Below are positions 8,918 through 18,441 of a stretch of 64,000 nucleotides of DNA, one piece after another. Position 1 is the stretch's first letter. Each line of letters starts with the position of its first letter. Position numbers and translations under genes: made by a program. The notes under the pieces were generated by a model. The model did no database searches and was not told where the DNA came from. It saw only the letters and a program-made list of their open reading frames with translations. Source of the stretch: a candidate division FCPU426 bacterium (GTDB lineage: Bacteria > Oederibacteriota > Muellerivitia > Muellerivitales > Muellerivitaceae); the NCBI GenBank assembly GCA_963847625.1, contig CAWKAR010000039.1, positions 32,001 to 96,000 on the forward strand, written 5' to 3'.

Positions 8918-9773
8918 CCTGAAAATCATCTCGACCCCTAACATCGGTTACGATTCCCCGGGCCACCCCGAGCATCCCGGCCGGGTGGTGCGGAGCCTGG
9001 CTCACTTGAAGAACATCCTGCCTTCCACCCTGTTCCAGGAACCCCAACCGGCGCCCCTGGAAGCCATCCAGGCCGTCCACGGGGAGGGTGTGGTTACCCA
9101 GGTTCAAAACGAGGATTTCATCGATATGGATACGCCCGGTGGCCCGGGAGTGTTCACCTCGAGCCTTCTTTCCGCCGGGGCGGCCCTCGCGGCGTCCAAG
9201 GAAGCGCTCCAGGGGGTGAAAATTTTCTCCCTGATGCGTCCGCCGGGGCACCACGCCACCCCCGACCGGTCCATGGGGTTCTGCTATTTCAACTCCATGG
9301 CGGTTTCGCTCCAGGCGTTAATAAAGGAAGGGAAGGCCCGGAAAGCGGCGGTGCTGGACCTGGACGTCCACCATGGAAACGGCACCCAGGACTTTTGCTT
9401 CGGGAAACCGGGGCTTCTTTTCGTTTCGCTCCACCAATTTCCGGCCTATCCCGGCACGGGACAAAAATCCCTGGACAATTGCCGGAACTATCCTCTGCCG
9501 CCGGGAACCCGGGAAGGCACCTATTTCCCAGCGATGGAAAAGGCCATGGGGGAAATACGGGCCTTCCAACCCGACCTGATCGGGGTTTCCATGGGTTTCG
9601 ACACCTATGAGAAGGATCCCCTGGCCCAGTTCGGATTAACGAAAGAGGATTACCGCACCATAGGAAAATTGTTGGGGGACTTCAATATTCCCACCTTCGC
9701 CCTGCTGGAGGGTGGATACCATGACGACCTGCCATATTTAATAGAGGAATTCCTCCAAGGTTGGGCGGGATAA
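8904..9773 (+). CDS. Zn-dependent histone-deacetylase-family protein (AcuC/HDAC-like)
   Basis: HPE.PGR, RPPGHHA, GFCYFN, DLDVHHGNGT, SLHQ, GFD...DPL, EGGY. Confidence 0.95.
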   Translation: MEKNNLKIISTPNIGYDSPGHPEHPGRVVRSLAHLKNILPSTLFQEPQPAPLEAIQAVHGEGVVTQVQNEDFIDMDTPGGPGVFTSSLLSAGAALAASKEALQGVKIFSLMRPPGHHATPDRSMGFCYFNSMAVSLQALIKEGKARKAAVLDLDVHHGNGTQDFCFGKPGLLFVSLHQFPAYPGTGQKSLDNCRNYPLPPGTREGTYFPAMEKAMGEIRAFQPDLIGVSMGFDTYEKDPLAQFGLTKEDYRTIGKLLGDFNIPTFALLEGGYHDDLPYLIEEFLQGWAG

Positions 9774-9829
9774 AAACCCGTTGAGTCTTTCCAAAATAAA
9801 CAAATAAAAGCTTTTGAGAGGCCTTTTCC

Positions 9830-10627
9830 ATTTCCCCCATCATCACCCTTTTAACCGATTTCGGCGTTAAAGACCCTTTCGTGGGAACCATGAAAGGCGT
9901 CATCCTCGGAATATGTCCGCAAGCCCAGCTCGTCGACCTCACGCATGAAATTCCCTCCCAAACCATCCTGCCGGGGGCATTTCTTTTAAAGTCGGTCCTG
10001 GAATATTTCCCCAGGGGAACCGTTCACTTAGCGGTGGTGGACCCGGGGGTGGGCGGTTCCCGCAAGGCCATCGCGGTGAAATCCCGGGGGTGTTATTTCG
10101 TCGGGCCGGATAACGGCCTGATCCCCGCGGCGTTGGAGGAATGGGGGGTCGAGGAAGTTGTCGAATTGACCGGGAAAAAGTACCAACTTTCCAAACCCAG
10201 TTCCACCTTCCACGGCCGGGACCTATTTGCGCCGGTGGCGGCGCATTTGGCGAAGGGAGTGCCTTTTTCAAAGCTGGGAAAAAAGTTGACCCGATGGATT
10301 GTGGGTGAAATCCCGAAGCCCCGGAAAACCCCCCAAGGGTGGGAAGGGGAGGTGCTATGGGTCGATCATTTCGGAAATCTGGTCACGAACCTGAACGACA
10401 AACACCTGCAAGCGATCAAGTCCCGAAAGACGGGCCCGGCTTCGCCCTTCCGCTTGAAAATGGGCAAGACGGTCCTATTGAACTTGGCGACACGTTATTC
10501 GCAGGTCAAGAGGGGAACCTTAATCGCATTGATGGGCTCCTCGGGCAACTTGGAGATTTCCGTAAACCGGGGTAACGCCTCCCGGAAACTCAGTGTCGGA
10601 ATCGGCACCCCGGTTGTCCTGTGTTGA
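9830..10627 (+). CDS. SAM hydroxide adenosyltransferase (DUF62, chlorinase/fluorinase family); probable ATT start
   Basis: The conserved N-terminus SPIITLLTDFGVKDPFVGTMKGVI lies upstream of the ORF-track start. Other motifs: VDLTH, AVVDPGVG, GPDNGL, STFHGRDLFAP, DHFGN. Confidence 0.9.
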   Translation: MSPIITLLTDFGVKDPFVGTMKGVILGICPQAQLVDLTHEIPSQTILPGAFLLKSVLEYFPRGTVHLAVVDPGVGGSRKAIAVKSRGCYFVGPDNGLIPAALEEWGVEEVVELTGKKYQLSKPSSTFHGRDLFAPVAAHLAKGVPFSKLGKKLTRWIVGEIPKPRKTPQGWEGEVLWVDHFGNLVTNLNDKHLQAIKSRKTGPASPFRLKMGKTVLLNLATRYSQVKRGTLIALMGSSGNLEISVNRGNASRKLSVGIGTPVVLC

Positions 10628-10833
10628 ATAGTTGTCCTACCCGGGGAGCAGGAGTGGACAAAGAAAAATGGATAATGTTTGGCTGATTCTTTTGGCATGA
10701 GTTGGTGAAAACCGCCGCCGGCCGACTTGATAATCGGATGGGGTATTATTTTTTACTCATTACCTTTCATCTGTTTTGAGCATCATGGAAACGGGGTCGG
10801 GCATAATTTATAACTTTCGACTTGGAGATAACC

Positions 10834-11367
10834 ATGGGCCAACCAAAGACTTTTGAAAACTATCCCTGCCGGACAATGATTATCCCCAATTTTGTTTCAG
10901 TTTTAATCTACGCAATTGGTGCGTATGTTATTTATCGAATAGGAATTATTTGGGCAATACTGTATCTGCTTTATGTTCTTGGGTTGGAAATTCGTTTGAT
11001 GAAAAATATTTGTGTGGATTGTTATTACTACGGAAAATTTTGCACCTTTGGTAAAGGGAAATTGAGCGCAATATTTTTTAACAAGGGAAGCTCAAAGGCA
11101 TTTTCCGAGCGCAAAATCGCCTGGAAAGACATGATTCCGGATTTTCTTGTTTCGTTAATTCCGGCAGTTGTAGGGATCGTGTTATTGATAATGGATTTTA
11201 GCTGGCTCATCTTATCTTTAATAATCCTACTGGCCGTTCTTGCTTCAGTAGGAAATGGACTTGTTCGACGCTTTTTAGCCTGTAAATTCTGCAAACAGAG
11301 AGAAATCGGTTGCCCCCCCGAACAATTATTTAATAAAGCAAAAAGTATAAAAAAGAATCGGATTTAA
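10834..11367 (+). CDS. Hypothetical 4-TM membrane protein with Cys clusters
   Basis: GGAG precedes ATG 10834. Motifs CVDCYYYGKFC and CKFCKQREIGC; visibly AT-rich relative to neighbours. Confidence 0.75.
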   Translation: MGQPKTFENYPCRTMIIPNFVSVLIYAIGAYVIYRIGIIWAILYLLYVLGLEIRLMKNICVDCYYYGKFCTFGKGKLSAIFFNKGSSKAFSERKIAWKDMIPDFLVSLIPAVVGIVLLIMDFSWLILSLIILLAVLASVGNGLVRRFLACKFCKQREIGCPPEQLFNKAKSIKKNRI

Positions 11368-11513
11368 TGATTTAAGGGGTTCCCAAATCCGAATGAGAAA
11401 TTGGGCTTAAACTAGATTCGATTTGGTTCGAATCTTGGGGTGAGGTAAGTGATCTTGTCCTTGATGGGGAGCCATTCATATAGGTCCGCAAACCGTTGAA
11501 ACCGGGGAGCCGG

Positions 11514-12332
11514 CTAGGTTTTTTTGAAATGTTTTAAAGTCCAGTTATTTTCGTCTTTGCTGCCCCGCAAGAGTTTGAAAATCTCCCGATGAATCTTCCC
11601 GTTGCTGGCGATGGCGTTTTGGCCCAGCAGGTTGAAAGGCTTGCCGGAAATATCCGTCACCTTACCCCCGGCTTCGGTGATCATCAGAACTCCCGCCGCC
11701 ATATCCCAGGCTTGGATGCCCCTTTCCCAGAAACCGTCGAACCGTCCGGCAGCCACATAGCAAAGGTTCAGTGAAGCCGAACCATCCCGCCGGACCCCCT
11801 GGGCCTTTAAGACGAACTTCCGGAAGTTGTCCAGGTTGTAATGGGTTTCCCGCACGGCGTAGGCGAAACCGGTCGCGAGAAGGCTTTGGGCCACCCGGGG
11901 GGTCCGCGAAACCCTGAGCCGTTTGCCGTTTAAAAAAGCGCCTTTCCCTTTCTCGGCGGTGAAGCATTCCCCCAGCATCGGGTCGTAAACCGCGCCGACC
12001 AAGGGGTTCATGTTTTTAAGCAAAGCCACCGAACAACAAAAGAAAGGGTAGCCGTGGGCGTAATTGGTGGTTCCGTCCAGGGGGTCCACCAGCCAGGTGT
12101 ATTCGGACGGGCCTTCCACCCGGCCTGTTTCCTCCCCCCAGAAGTTATGGGAAGGAAATTTTTTTTGGAGGAACGAGAGGACTTTTTTCTCGCAGAGCCG
12201 GTCCACCTCCGTGACCAGGTTCAGGTAATTCTTGGACTTATATTGGATGTTGATCGACCGGCCATAATATTGTTTCTGGATTTTTCCAGCGATTTTAGCG
12301 GCTTTAACAGCTGTATTTAAAAAATGTGGCAT
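11514..12332 (-). CDS. suhB: Inositol monophosphatase (SuhB)
   Basis: LVTEVD, GEE, WLVDPLDGTTNY, RRDGSA, WDMAAG. Confidence 0.95.
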   Translation of the reverse strand: MPHFLNTAVKAAKIAGKIQKQYYGRSINIQYKSKNYLNLVTEVDRLCEKKVLSFLQKKFPSHNFWGEETGRVEGPSEYTWLVDPLDGTTNYAHGYPFFCCSVALLKNMNPLVGAVYDPMLGECFTAEKGKGAFLNGKRLRVSRTPRVAQSLLATGFAYAVRETHYNLDNFRKFVLKAQGVRRDGSASLNLCYVAAGRFDGFWERGIQAWDMAAGVLMITEAGGKVTDISGKPFNLLGQNAIASNGKIHREIFKLLRGSKDENNWTLKHFKKT

Positions 12333-12630
12333 TTTTCCTCAATCTCGTAACTTTTAATAATTGATAAATTGATGACGCTAAACCCAACTCCGATAGGGCA
12401 AGGTATCGAAAGGTTGATTATATGTAATTACAATAATTCGATGATCAATTACGCTAAAATAGTTTTTCTTTTTTCCCCATAAGTGTTTTTTTAATGGCAT
12501 AAAAATTCCAAAAAGGATTAAATTTCATTTGTTATTCATCATTATCCATAAAAAGTGGTAAGTTTGATGTTGTGGGTTTTCGTTTTCCTTCCAACCATTA
12601 TCACCCCAAAAAAGCCTTGGAGGTTGTTTT

Positions 12631-15600
12631 ATGAAAGAAGCCCAGACCCGAATCCCCGGAGCCAAATCTTTTTTAGCCGGATTAGGCATTTTCATATGGT
12701 GTCTTTGCGTGTTCATGAGACCTTGTCCCGCCTCGGCTTCCTGCCTTCCCGTCACCGTAACGGTCGCCAACAACCAGGGGGACAACAGTTCCGGGTCCCT
12801 GGGGGACGCCATCAACCAGGTCAATGCCAACGGCTCATGCGGTGGTGTGATCAACCTTTCGGGGATTTCGGGGCAAACCATCAGCTTGAGCGCGGGCCTT
12901 CCCACCCTGGCTGAAGGTGTGACGATTTTGAACAGCGGCACCCCGGTGATGATCAACGCCGTCAACGGCTCGAATACCTACCAGGTTTTCAACGTCACTA
13001 GTGTTCCAGCGAATATCACCGGGGTGCAAGTGAACGACGGAAGTTTAATCGGCACGGGCAACGTATCGGCTTCCAACGGGACACTTCAATTCAATGGTTC
13101 CTCGAATTCAGGCAATCCAGTTACAGTTTCCTCGAGCAGTTTGACCGTTTCCAACTCAACCCTGGGCCTTAACGGCGGGTCGGGCACACCGAACGGCGGC
13201 GCCGGCGGCGCGGCGAATTTAAATGTGTCCGGGAACACGTCGGTGGATCCCAGCACCGTGACAATCACGGGCGGGAACGGGACCGATAACAACAGCGGCG
13301 ATGGAGGTGCGGGCGGTGCGGCTACCGCGACCATCGGTTCCTTGAACCTGGCGGGGGATCTGGGCGGTCCTTCCACTTATCAAGTCACCGGCGGCAACGG
13401 CGGTAATGCTACCGGAGGGATTGGAAACGGCGGCGCGGGCGGCGACGGAATTTTTACTTCTTCCGGAGCGGTGTCGATTGATTCCAGCGACTTCAGTGCG
13501 GGCGGGGGCGGGGGAGGTTCCAGCTTTACCAGCATCGGCGGGAACGGCGGAAACGCGAACGTTTCCATCGGGACTGATTTAAATATAACGGCATCCAAAA
13601 ATTTGTCCATGTTTGCCGTGGTAGGTGGTTTGGGTGGAGTGAATAACGGTACCGGAATTGGCGGGAACGGTGGTACGGCTTCCCTGCCGGCCGGCGGAGC
13701 GGTGTCGGTTGATTCCAGTATTGTCGGCGCGGTCGGCGGAAGCGCGGTTTCTGGTAACGGGTCCGCGGGCACGACGGAGGGTTCGGGCGGGAACGCCTCG
13801 GCTTCCCTGGGAAGCTTGACGGTGACTTCCGATAATTACAACCTGAATGGCATTGGAACCCCCTCCGAGTTTTTAGTCATGGGCGGAGCGGGTGGAAACG
13901 AAAATGACTTAGGGAGTGGCGGAACCGGCGGATCGGCGGACTTGTCCACTTCTAACGCCGTGTCGGTGGACTCCAGCTCGGTGAGCGTGGGTGGGGGGGT
14001 AGGGGGTGCTAGTTATGGAGGCAACGGTGGAAACGGCGGGAACGCCTCGGTTTCCATAGGTTCCGATTTGATCGAAACAGCAAGCAACGTTTCCTCCGGC
14101 CTTAACGTGACCGGCGGGAATTCCGGAAACAACATTTGGAATTATGGCCATGGCACGAGCGGCACGGCTGGTTCGGCGGCCTTATCGGTCTCGGGCGCGG
14201 TGTCCGTGGATTCCAGCTCCGTGAGCGTCACGGGGGGCAACGCGGGTTATGGTTACGGATTAGGGGGCACGACCGGGGGTGCGGGTGGAAACGCCTCGGC
14301 CTCTTTGGGAAGCTTGAAGATAACCTCCGATAATTACAACCTGAATGGGATTGGAAACACTTCCAACTTTAACGTGTCGGGGGGGACGGGTGGAACCGAT
14401 TATTACCAAGGCGCCGGGGGGGACGGGGGTTCGGCGGCATTGTCGGTCGCTGGCGCGGTGTCGGTTGATTCAAGCGATGTCAACGTGGACGGGGGAAAGG
14501 GTGGTTATAGTTATTACGCCAACGGTGGAAACGGGGGAGACGCTACCGTTTTCGTCGGGTCCAATTTGACCGTAACGGGGGTAAACAATACCTCCAACTT
14601 CACAGTGGTGGGTGGGGCGAGTGCCGGCAATTACCAGGGAAACAGCGGGGTGGGCGGAGACGCGGCCTTGTCGGTCGTGGACGCGGTATCGGTGGATTCC
14701 AGCAATGTCAGCGTGGGTGGCGGTACGGGCATGATTTCCGCTTACGGCAATGGGGATAACGGCGGCAATGTGTCAGTTTCCATTGGGTCTAACCTGAGTG
14801 TGAACAACTCCTCCAACTTGAACGTGACCGGTGGAAGCGCGGAAATCGACTATCCTTGGATTAACAATGGATCCACGGGAGCGGGTGGTTCGGGCGGTTC
14901 GGCGGCCCTGTCGGCCGTGGGGGCTGTGCCGGTGGATTCCAGCGGCGTCACCGTGGCCGGTGGAACGGGAGCTGATAGCTACGGAGGCAACGGAGGAAAC
15001 GGGGGGAGTGCCTCGGTTTCCATAGGTTCCGGTTTGACCGTAACAGCAAGCAACGATTCCTCCAGCCTGTATGTGGCCGGTGGAAACGGCGGAAACAACT
15101 ATGATTGGTATGGTGTTGGAACCGGCGGCACGGGAGGTTCATCGAGTTTGTCTGTCGCTGGCGCGGTATCAGTGGATTCCAGTGACGTCAATGTGGCGGG
15201 TGGCTACACGGGCTATGGTTATGGATCAGGCTCAAGCGTGACCGAAGGGGCGGGCGGGAACGCCTCGGCTTCCCTGGGTGGTTTGACGCTAACTTCCGAT
15301 AATTACAACCAGAATGGCACCGGAACCACTTCAAACTTTACCGTGGTGGGTAGGGCGGGTGGGGACGATTATGGCAATGGCAACGGCGGGAACGGCGGTT
15401 CGGCCTCCTTATCCGTGTCTGATGCGGTGTCGGTGGATTCCAGTTCGGTAAGCGTGGCCGGCGGGACAGGCGGTTATAGCGCGGGCGCTAATGGTGGAAA
15501 CGGTGGAAATGCCAGCGTGTCCATCGGAACAAGTTTGACCCTGATGAATGCCTCCAACTTGGTTTTGAGCGGTGGAGCGGGCGGAAACAATAATACGGGC

Positions 15601-17997
15601 GGTAACGGCGGCAATGGCGGTGATGCTTCGCTGACGGCCTCGGGTTTAACCCTGGGAGCGGGAACCATCTTCAGTATGACTGGAGGAGCGGGAGGAAGCG
15701 GAGATAGTAACGATGGGTCCATGGGGAACGCTAACGCCGTGGTCGGCACTCTGAATGGGGCGGGTTATATCACCATGGGCGGTTCAACTGCGAATCTTCA
15801 GGTTAAACAAGGTTATTTCAGCGGTGTGATCGCGGGGAATGAAAGCCTAGACGTGACGGGGGGCGGGGCACTGACCCTGACGGGCTCCAACACCTATTCA
15901 GGCGGCACGACGATGGATTCAGGCACCTTGAACCTGGGGAACAACAACGCCCTGGGCACGGGGAACCTCACCCTGGAAGACGGCACGACCTTGCAGGCCG
16001 GGGTGAATAACCTGGCTGTCACGAATGCCGTATCCCTCAGTGGAACCGATACTTACGATTCCAATAGCGATAATTCGTCCCTGTCGGGGGTCATTAGCGG
16101 CACCGGTTCCTTGACGAAAATCAACGCGGGAGCTTTGACCCTGGCCAGCGCCAACACTTACAGCGGGGGGACGACGGTGGTTTCAGGCGCCTTGAACCTG
16201 GGGAACAACAACGCACTGGGCACGGGGAACCTGGCGCTGGAAAACGGCGCGACCTTGCAGGCCGGGGTGAATAACTTGGCGGTCACGAATGGGGTGTCCC
16301 TCAACGGGGCCGATACCTTGGATAAAAACGGTTATGATTCATCCCTTTCGGGCGTCCTCAGCGGTACGGGAAGCCTGGATGTGATAGGAGGCGGGACAGT
16401 CACTCTTGCGGGATCCAATACTTACTCGGGCGGCACAAACCTTAATGGGGGTACTTTGGTAGTGGCCAATAGTAATGCCTTGGGCACAGGCTCTGTAGTG
16501 AACGGCGGTATCTTGAGCATCAACGGCCCCATGACGGTTAATATCGGGGGCAATTACACCCAATCCTCCTCGGGAATTCTGCAATTGGGGATGGGGGGAA
16601 CAGCAGCGGGAACCTGGGATGTGTTGAATGTTTCAGGCGCGGCCAGCCTGAATGGGACCCTGTGGCTGGTTTCGGACAACGGGTTCCACTTGCATATACA
16701 TGGGACCGAGGACTTCGAAATCCTGTCGGCAGGAAGCGTGGGCGCAACGTTCACCACGTTTTCCGATATGATTACGGGCGATTCGGTTTCGTTGGTTTAC
16801 CAGTCGAAGGATGTGCTCTTGAAGGTGACCGGCCCGAGCTTCCAGTCCTTGGGTGGGACGCCCAACGAAGCCGCTGTCGGCGGCGTGTTGGATTACCTGA
16901 ACGCCCATTCGCCCGACCAGTCCTTGATCCATTATTTGAATACCCAATCCGATGCCGCGTTGCTGGGGATTTACGACAAAATCTCGCCGGCGGACTTGAC
17001 GCCACTGTACCGGATCAGTTTCAGCTCCGCCCAGGTTGAGGCGGGAATGGTGGAACAAAGGCTTGACCAGTTGTTCGGCAATTCCGGGGATGGTTCCAAG
17101 AATATTTCCTGGAACGGGGAAGAGCTCCTGTTCGCGGGCAGGCACTCGGCCAGGAGAGAAGCGAATATGGCCAAGGACCTCCAACCCGAGCACTGGGGAG
17201 TCTTTGCCGACGGAATCGGCGACTTCGGAACCGTCTCAGCCGACTCGAACGCCCCGGGGTACCAATATTCCACCGGCGGAATGGTCGCCGGGATGGATTA
17301 CCGGTTCTCGAAGGATTTGGTGGGAGGGTTGATGCTGGGTTACACCCAGTCGGGCAGCAGCCAATCCACCGGAACGGTGAACGTGACGGGCGGGCAATTG
17401 GGCCTCTACGGCGGGTGGAAACAAGGCCCGCTTCACGTGGAAGCGCTGGCCGCGGGAGGGATCAACAGTTACACCACCCAACGCGACTCCTTGGGAGGCA
17501 CGGCGTCGGGAAGCACACAGGGCCAACAACTTTCTGGCCAGATCGGCGCCGGATACGATTTGACCGTTGGGAATGCGAAGGTGGTGCCTTTCGTATCGGG
17601 CCAGTACACCCGAGTGGATGTCAACGGCTTCAACGAATTCGGCTCCCAGACGCCGTTGAATTACGCGGCGCAGGGGGAAGGGTGCTTGACCAGCGACCTG
17701 GGAGCGGGGGTAAGCCGCGACTGGTTCGCGGGAAACGTCGTTTTGGCGCCTAGCGTGAGCGCGGCCTGGGAGCATGTGTTCCAGGGCAACTTGGACAGCC
17801 TGGACGCGACCCTGGGAAGCGGCGGGAGCTTCACCGTGGACGGCCCGGCGACGGGGACCGACGCGTTGGTCTTGGCCGCAGGGTTGGACGCGCAATTCAC
17901 CAAAGGGTTCAAGGCCTATGTCTCGTGCCAAGGCAGGGTGGGATTGACGAACTTCTCCGGGCAAAACTTGACAGGCGGCGTGAACTTCGGGTTTTAA
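12631..17997 (+). CDS. Type Va autotransporter adhesin with Gly-rich passenger (1788 aa)
   Basis: Extended signal peptide, about 10 Gly-rich repeats, three autotransporter-associated beta-strand repeats (LTLxxxNTYSGGTT), and a C-terminal autotransporter barrel ending GVNFGF. Confidence 0.93.
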   Translation: MKEAQTRIPGAKSFLAGLGIFIWCLCVFMRPCPASASCLPVTVTVANNQGDNSSGSLGDAINQVNANGSCGGVINLSGISGQTISLSAGLPTLAEGVTILNSGTPVMINAVNGSNTYQVFNVTSVPANITGVQVNDGSLIGTGNVSASNGTLQFNGSSNSGNPVTVSSSSLTVSNSTLGLNGGSGTPNGGAGGAANLNVSGNTSVDPSTVTITGGNGTDNNSGDGGAGGAATATIGSLNLAGDLGGPSTYQVTGGNGGNATGGIGNGGAGGDGIFTSSGAVSIDSSDFSAGGGGGGSSFTSIGGNGGNANVSIGTDLNITASKNLSMFAVVGGLGGVNNGTGIGGNGGTASLPAGGAVSVDSSIVGAVGGSAVSGNGSAGTTEGSGGNASASLGSLTVTSDNYNLNGIGTPSEFLVMGGAGGNENDLGSGGTGGSADLSTSNAVSVDSSSVSVGGGVGGASYGGNGGNGGNASVSIGSDLIETASNVSSGLNVTGGNSGNNIWNYGHGTSGTAGSAALSVSGAVSVDSSSVSVTGGNAGYGYGLGGTTGGAGGNASASLGSLKITSDNYNLNGIGNTSNFNVSGGTGGTDYYQGAGGDGGSAALSVAGAVSVDSSDVNVDGGKGGYSYYANGGNGGDATVFVGSNLTVTGVNNTSNFTVVGGASAGNYQGNSGVGGDAALSVVDAVSVDSSNVSVGGGTGMISAYGNGDNGGNVSVSIGSNLSVNNSSNLNVTGGSAEIDYPWINNGSTGAGGSGGSAALSAVGAVPVDSSGVTVAGGTGADSYGGNGGNGGSASVSIGSGLTVTASNDSSSLYVAGGNGGNNYDWYGVGTGGTGGSSSLSVAGAVSVDSSDVNVAGGYTGYGYGSGSSVTEGAGGNASASLGGLTLTSDNYNQNGTGTTSNFTVVGRAGGDDYGNGNGGNGGSASLSVSDAVSVDSSSVSVAGGTGGYSAGANGGNGGNASVSIGTSLTLMNASNLVLSGGAGGNNNTGGNGGNGGDASLTASGLTLGAGTIFSMTGGAGGSGDSNDGSMGNANAVVGTLNGAGYITMGGSTANLQVKQGYFSGVIAGNESLDVTGGGALTLTGSNTYSGGTTMDSGTLNLGNNNALGTGNLTLEDGTTLQAGVNNLAVTNAVSLSGTDTYDSNSDNSSLSGVISGTGSLTKINAGALTLASANTYSGGTTVVSGALNLGNNNALGTGNLALENGATLQAGVNNLAVTNGVSLNGADTLDKNGYDSSLSGVLSGTGSLDVIGGGTVTLAGSNTYSGGTNLNGGTLVVANSNALGTGSVVNGGILSINGPMTVNIGGNYTQSSSGILQLGMGGTAAGTWDVLNVSGAASLNGTLWLVSDNGFHLHIHGTEDFEILSAGSVGATFTTFSDMITGDSVSLVYQSKDVLLKVTGPSFQSLGGTPNEAAVGGVLDYLNAHSPDQSLIHYLNTQSDAALLGIYDKISPADLTPLYRISFSSAQVEAGMVEQRLDQLFGNSGDGSKNISWNGEELLFAGRHSARREANMAKDLQPEHWGVFADGIGDFGTVSADSNAPGYQYSTGGMVAGMDYRFSKDLVGGLMLGYTQSGSSQSTGTVNVTGGQLGLYGGWKQGPLHVEALAAGGINSYTTQRDSLGGTASGSTQGQQLSGQIGAGYDLTVGNAKVVPFVSGQYTRVDVNGFNEFGSQTPLNYAAQGEGCLTSDLGAGVSRDWFAGNVVLAPSVSAAWEHVFQGNLDSLDATLGSGGSFTVDGPATGTDALVLAAGLDAQFTKGFKAYVSCQGRVGLTNFSGQNLTGGVNFGF
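13200..15600 (+). repeat. About 10 degenerate 76-87-aa Gly-rich repeats in the autotransporter passenger
   Basis: (A/T)VS(V/I)DSS recurs every ~230-260 nt, each copy flanked by GGxGG motifs. Boundaries are approximate. Confidence 0.85.
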
Positions 17998-18021
17998 GAA
18001 GAAAAATTTAGCTTTAAAAAC

Positions 18022-18080
18022 AAGGGGCCTCGCCCTGAAGAGACCGACGGGTCTATTTCAGGGCTTGGCCCTTATTTTTT
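18022..18080 (+). terminator. Long imperfect hairpin plus T-run after the autotransporter
   Basis: GCCCTGAA..AGACC-GACG-GGTCT..TTCAGGGC stem, followed by TTATTTTTT. Confidence 0.7.
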
Positions 18081-18155
18081 TGATACCTGAATTTTCGCCT
18101 AATCGACACCCCCGGTATTCCCCAAGAATACCCCCCCACTAACCAAAATAATATC

Positions 18156-18253
18156 TAGCCACGGATGCATGGGATTCATGAGATTTTAAAAACACAAATA
18201 ATTAAAGCCTTTTTCTTAGGCCTATCTGAGTGCATCCCCTGAATCCGTGGTTA
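18156..18253. repeat. REP-like long inverted repeat (CCACGGAT...ATCCGTGG type)
   Basis: Arms TAGCCACGGATGCATGGGATTCATGAGAT (18156-18184) and ATCTGAGTGCATCCCCTGAATCCGTGGTTA (18224-18253) surround an AT-rich loop. Confidence 0.7.
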
Positions 18254-18270
18254 AGAGTCGGTTTTTTGGA

Positions 18271-18395
18271 AAACGGAGGCCGTTAACCCGGTGAACGCTG
18301 CTGGCACCCAGTACGCGGGGCCGGGAACCCAGTATAGGGTGCCGTAAACCCGGTATTTGGAGAGATAACCCAGTAAACGGAGACGGTAACCCAGA
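18271..18395. repeat. Degenerate array of six ACCCRG(T/A) motifs at 20-21-bp spacing
   Basis: Motif starts at 18286, 18306, 18327, 18348, 18368 and 18389. The first and last units share AAACGGAG....TAACCC. Confidence 0.7.
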
Positions 18396-18441
18396 TAGCA
18401 TGAATGGGCCAGCGACCTTCGTAGTAGGCTTTGATCAATAG

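Noticed and set aside
11420..11445. tRNA (GGTTCGAATC T-loop-like motif)
   Set aside because: The flanks cannot form a T-stem or acceptor stem, so there is no cloverleaf.
18271..18395. CRISPR array
   Set aside because: The conserved part is only ~7 nt and the period 20-21 nt, far below CRISPR repeat+spacer size. No cas genes are in the window.
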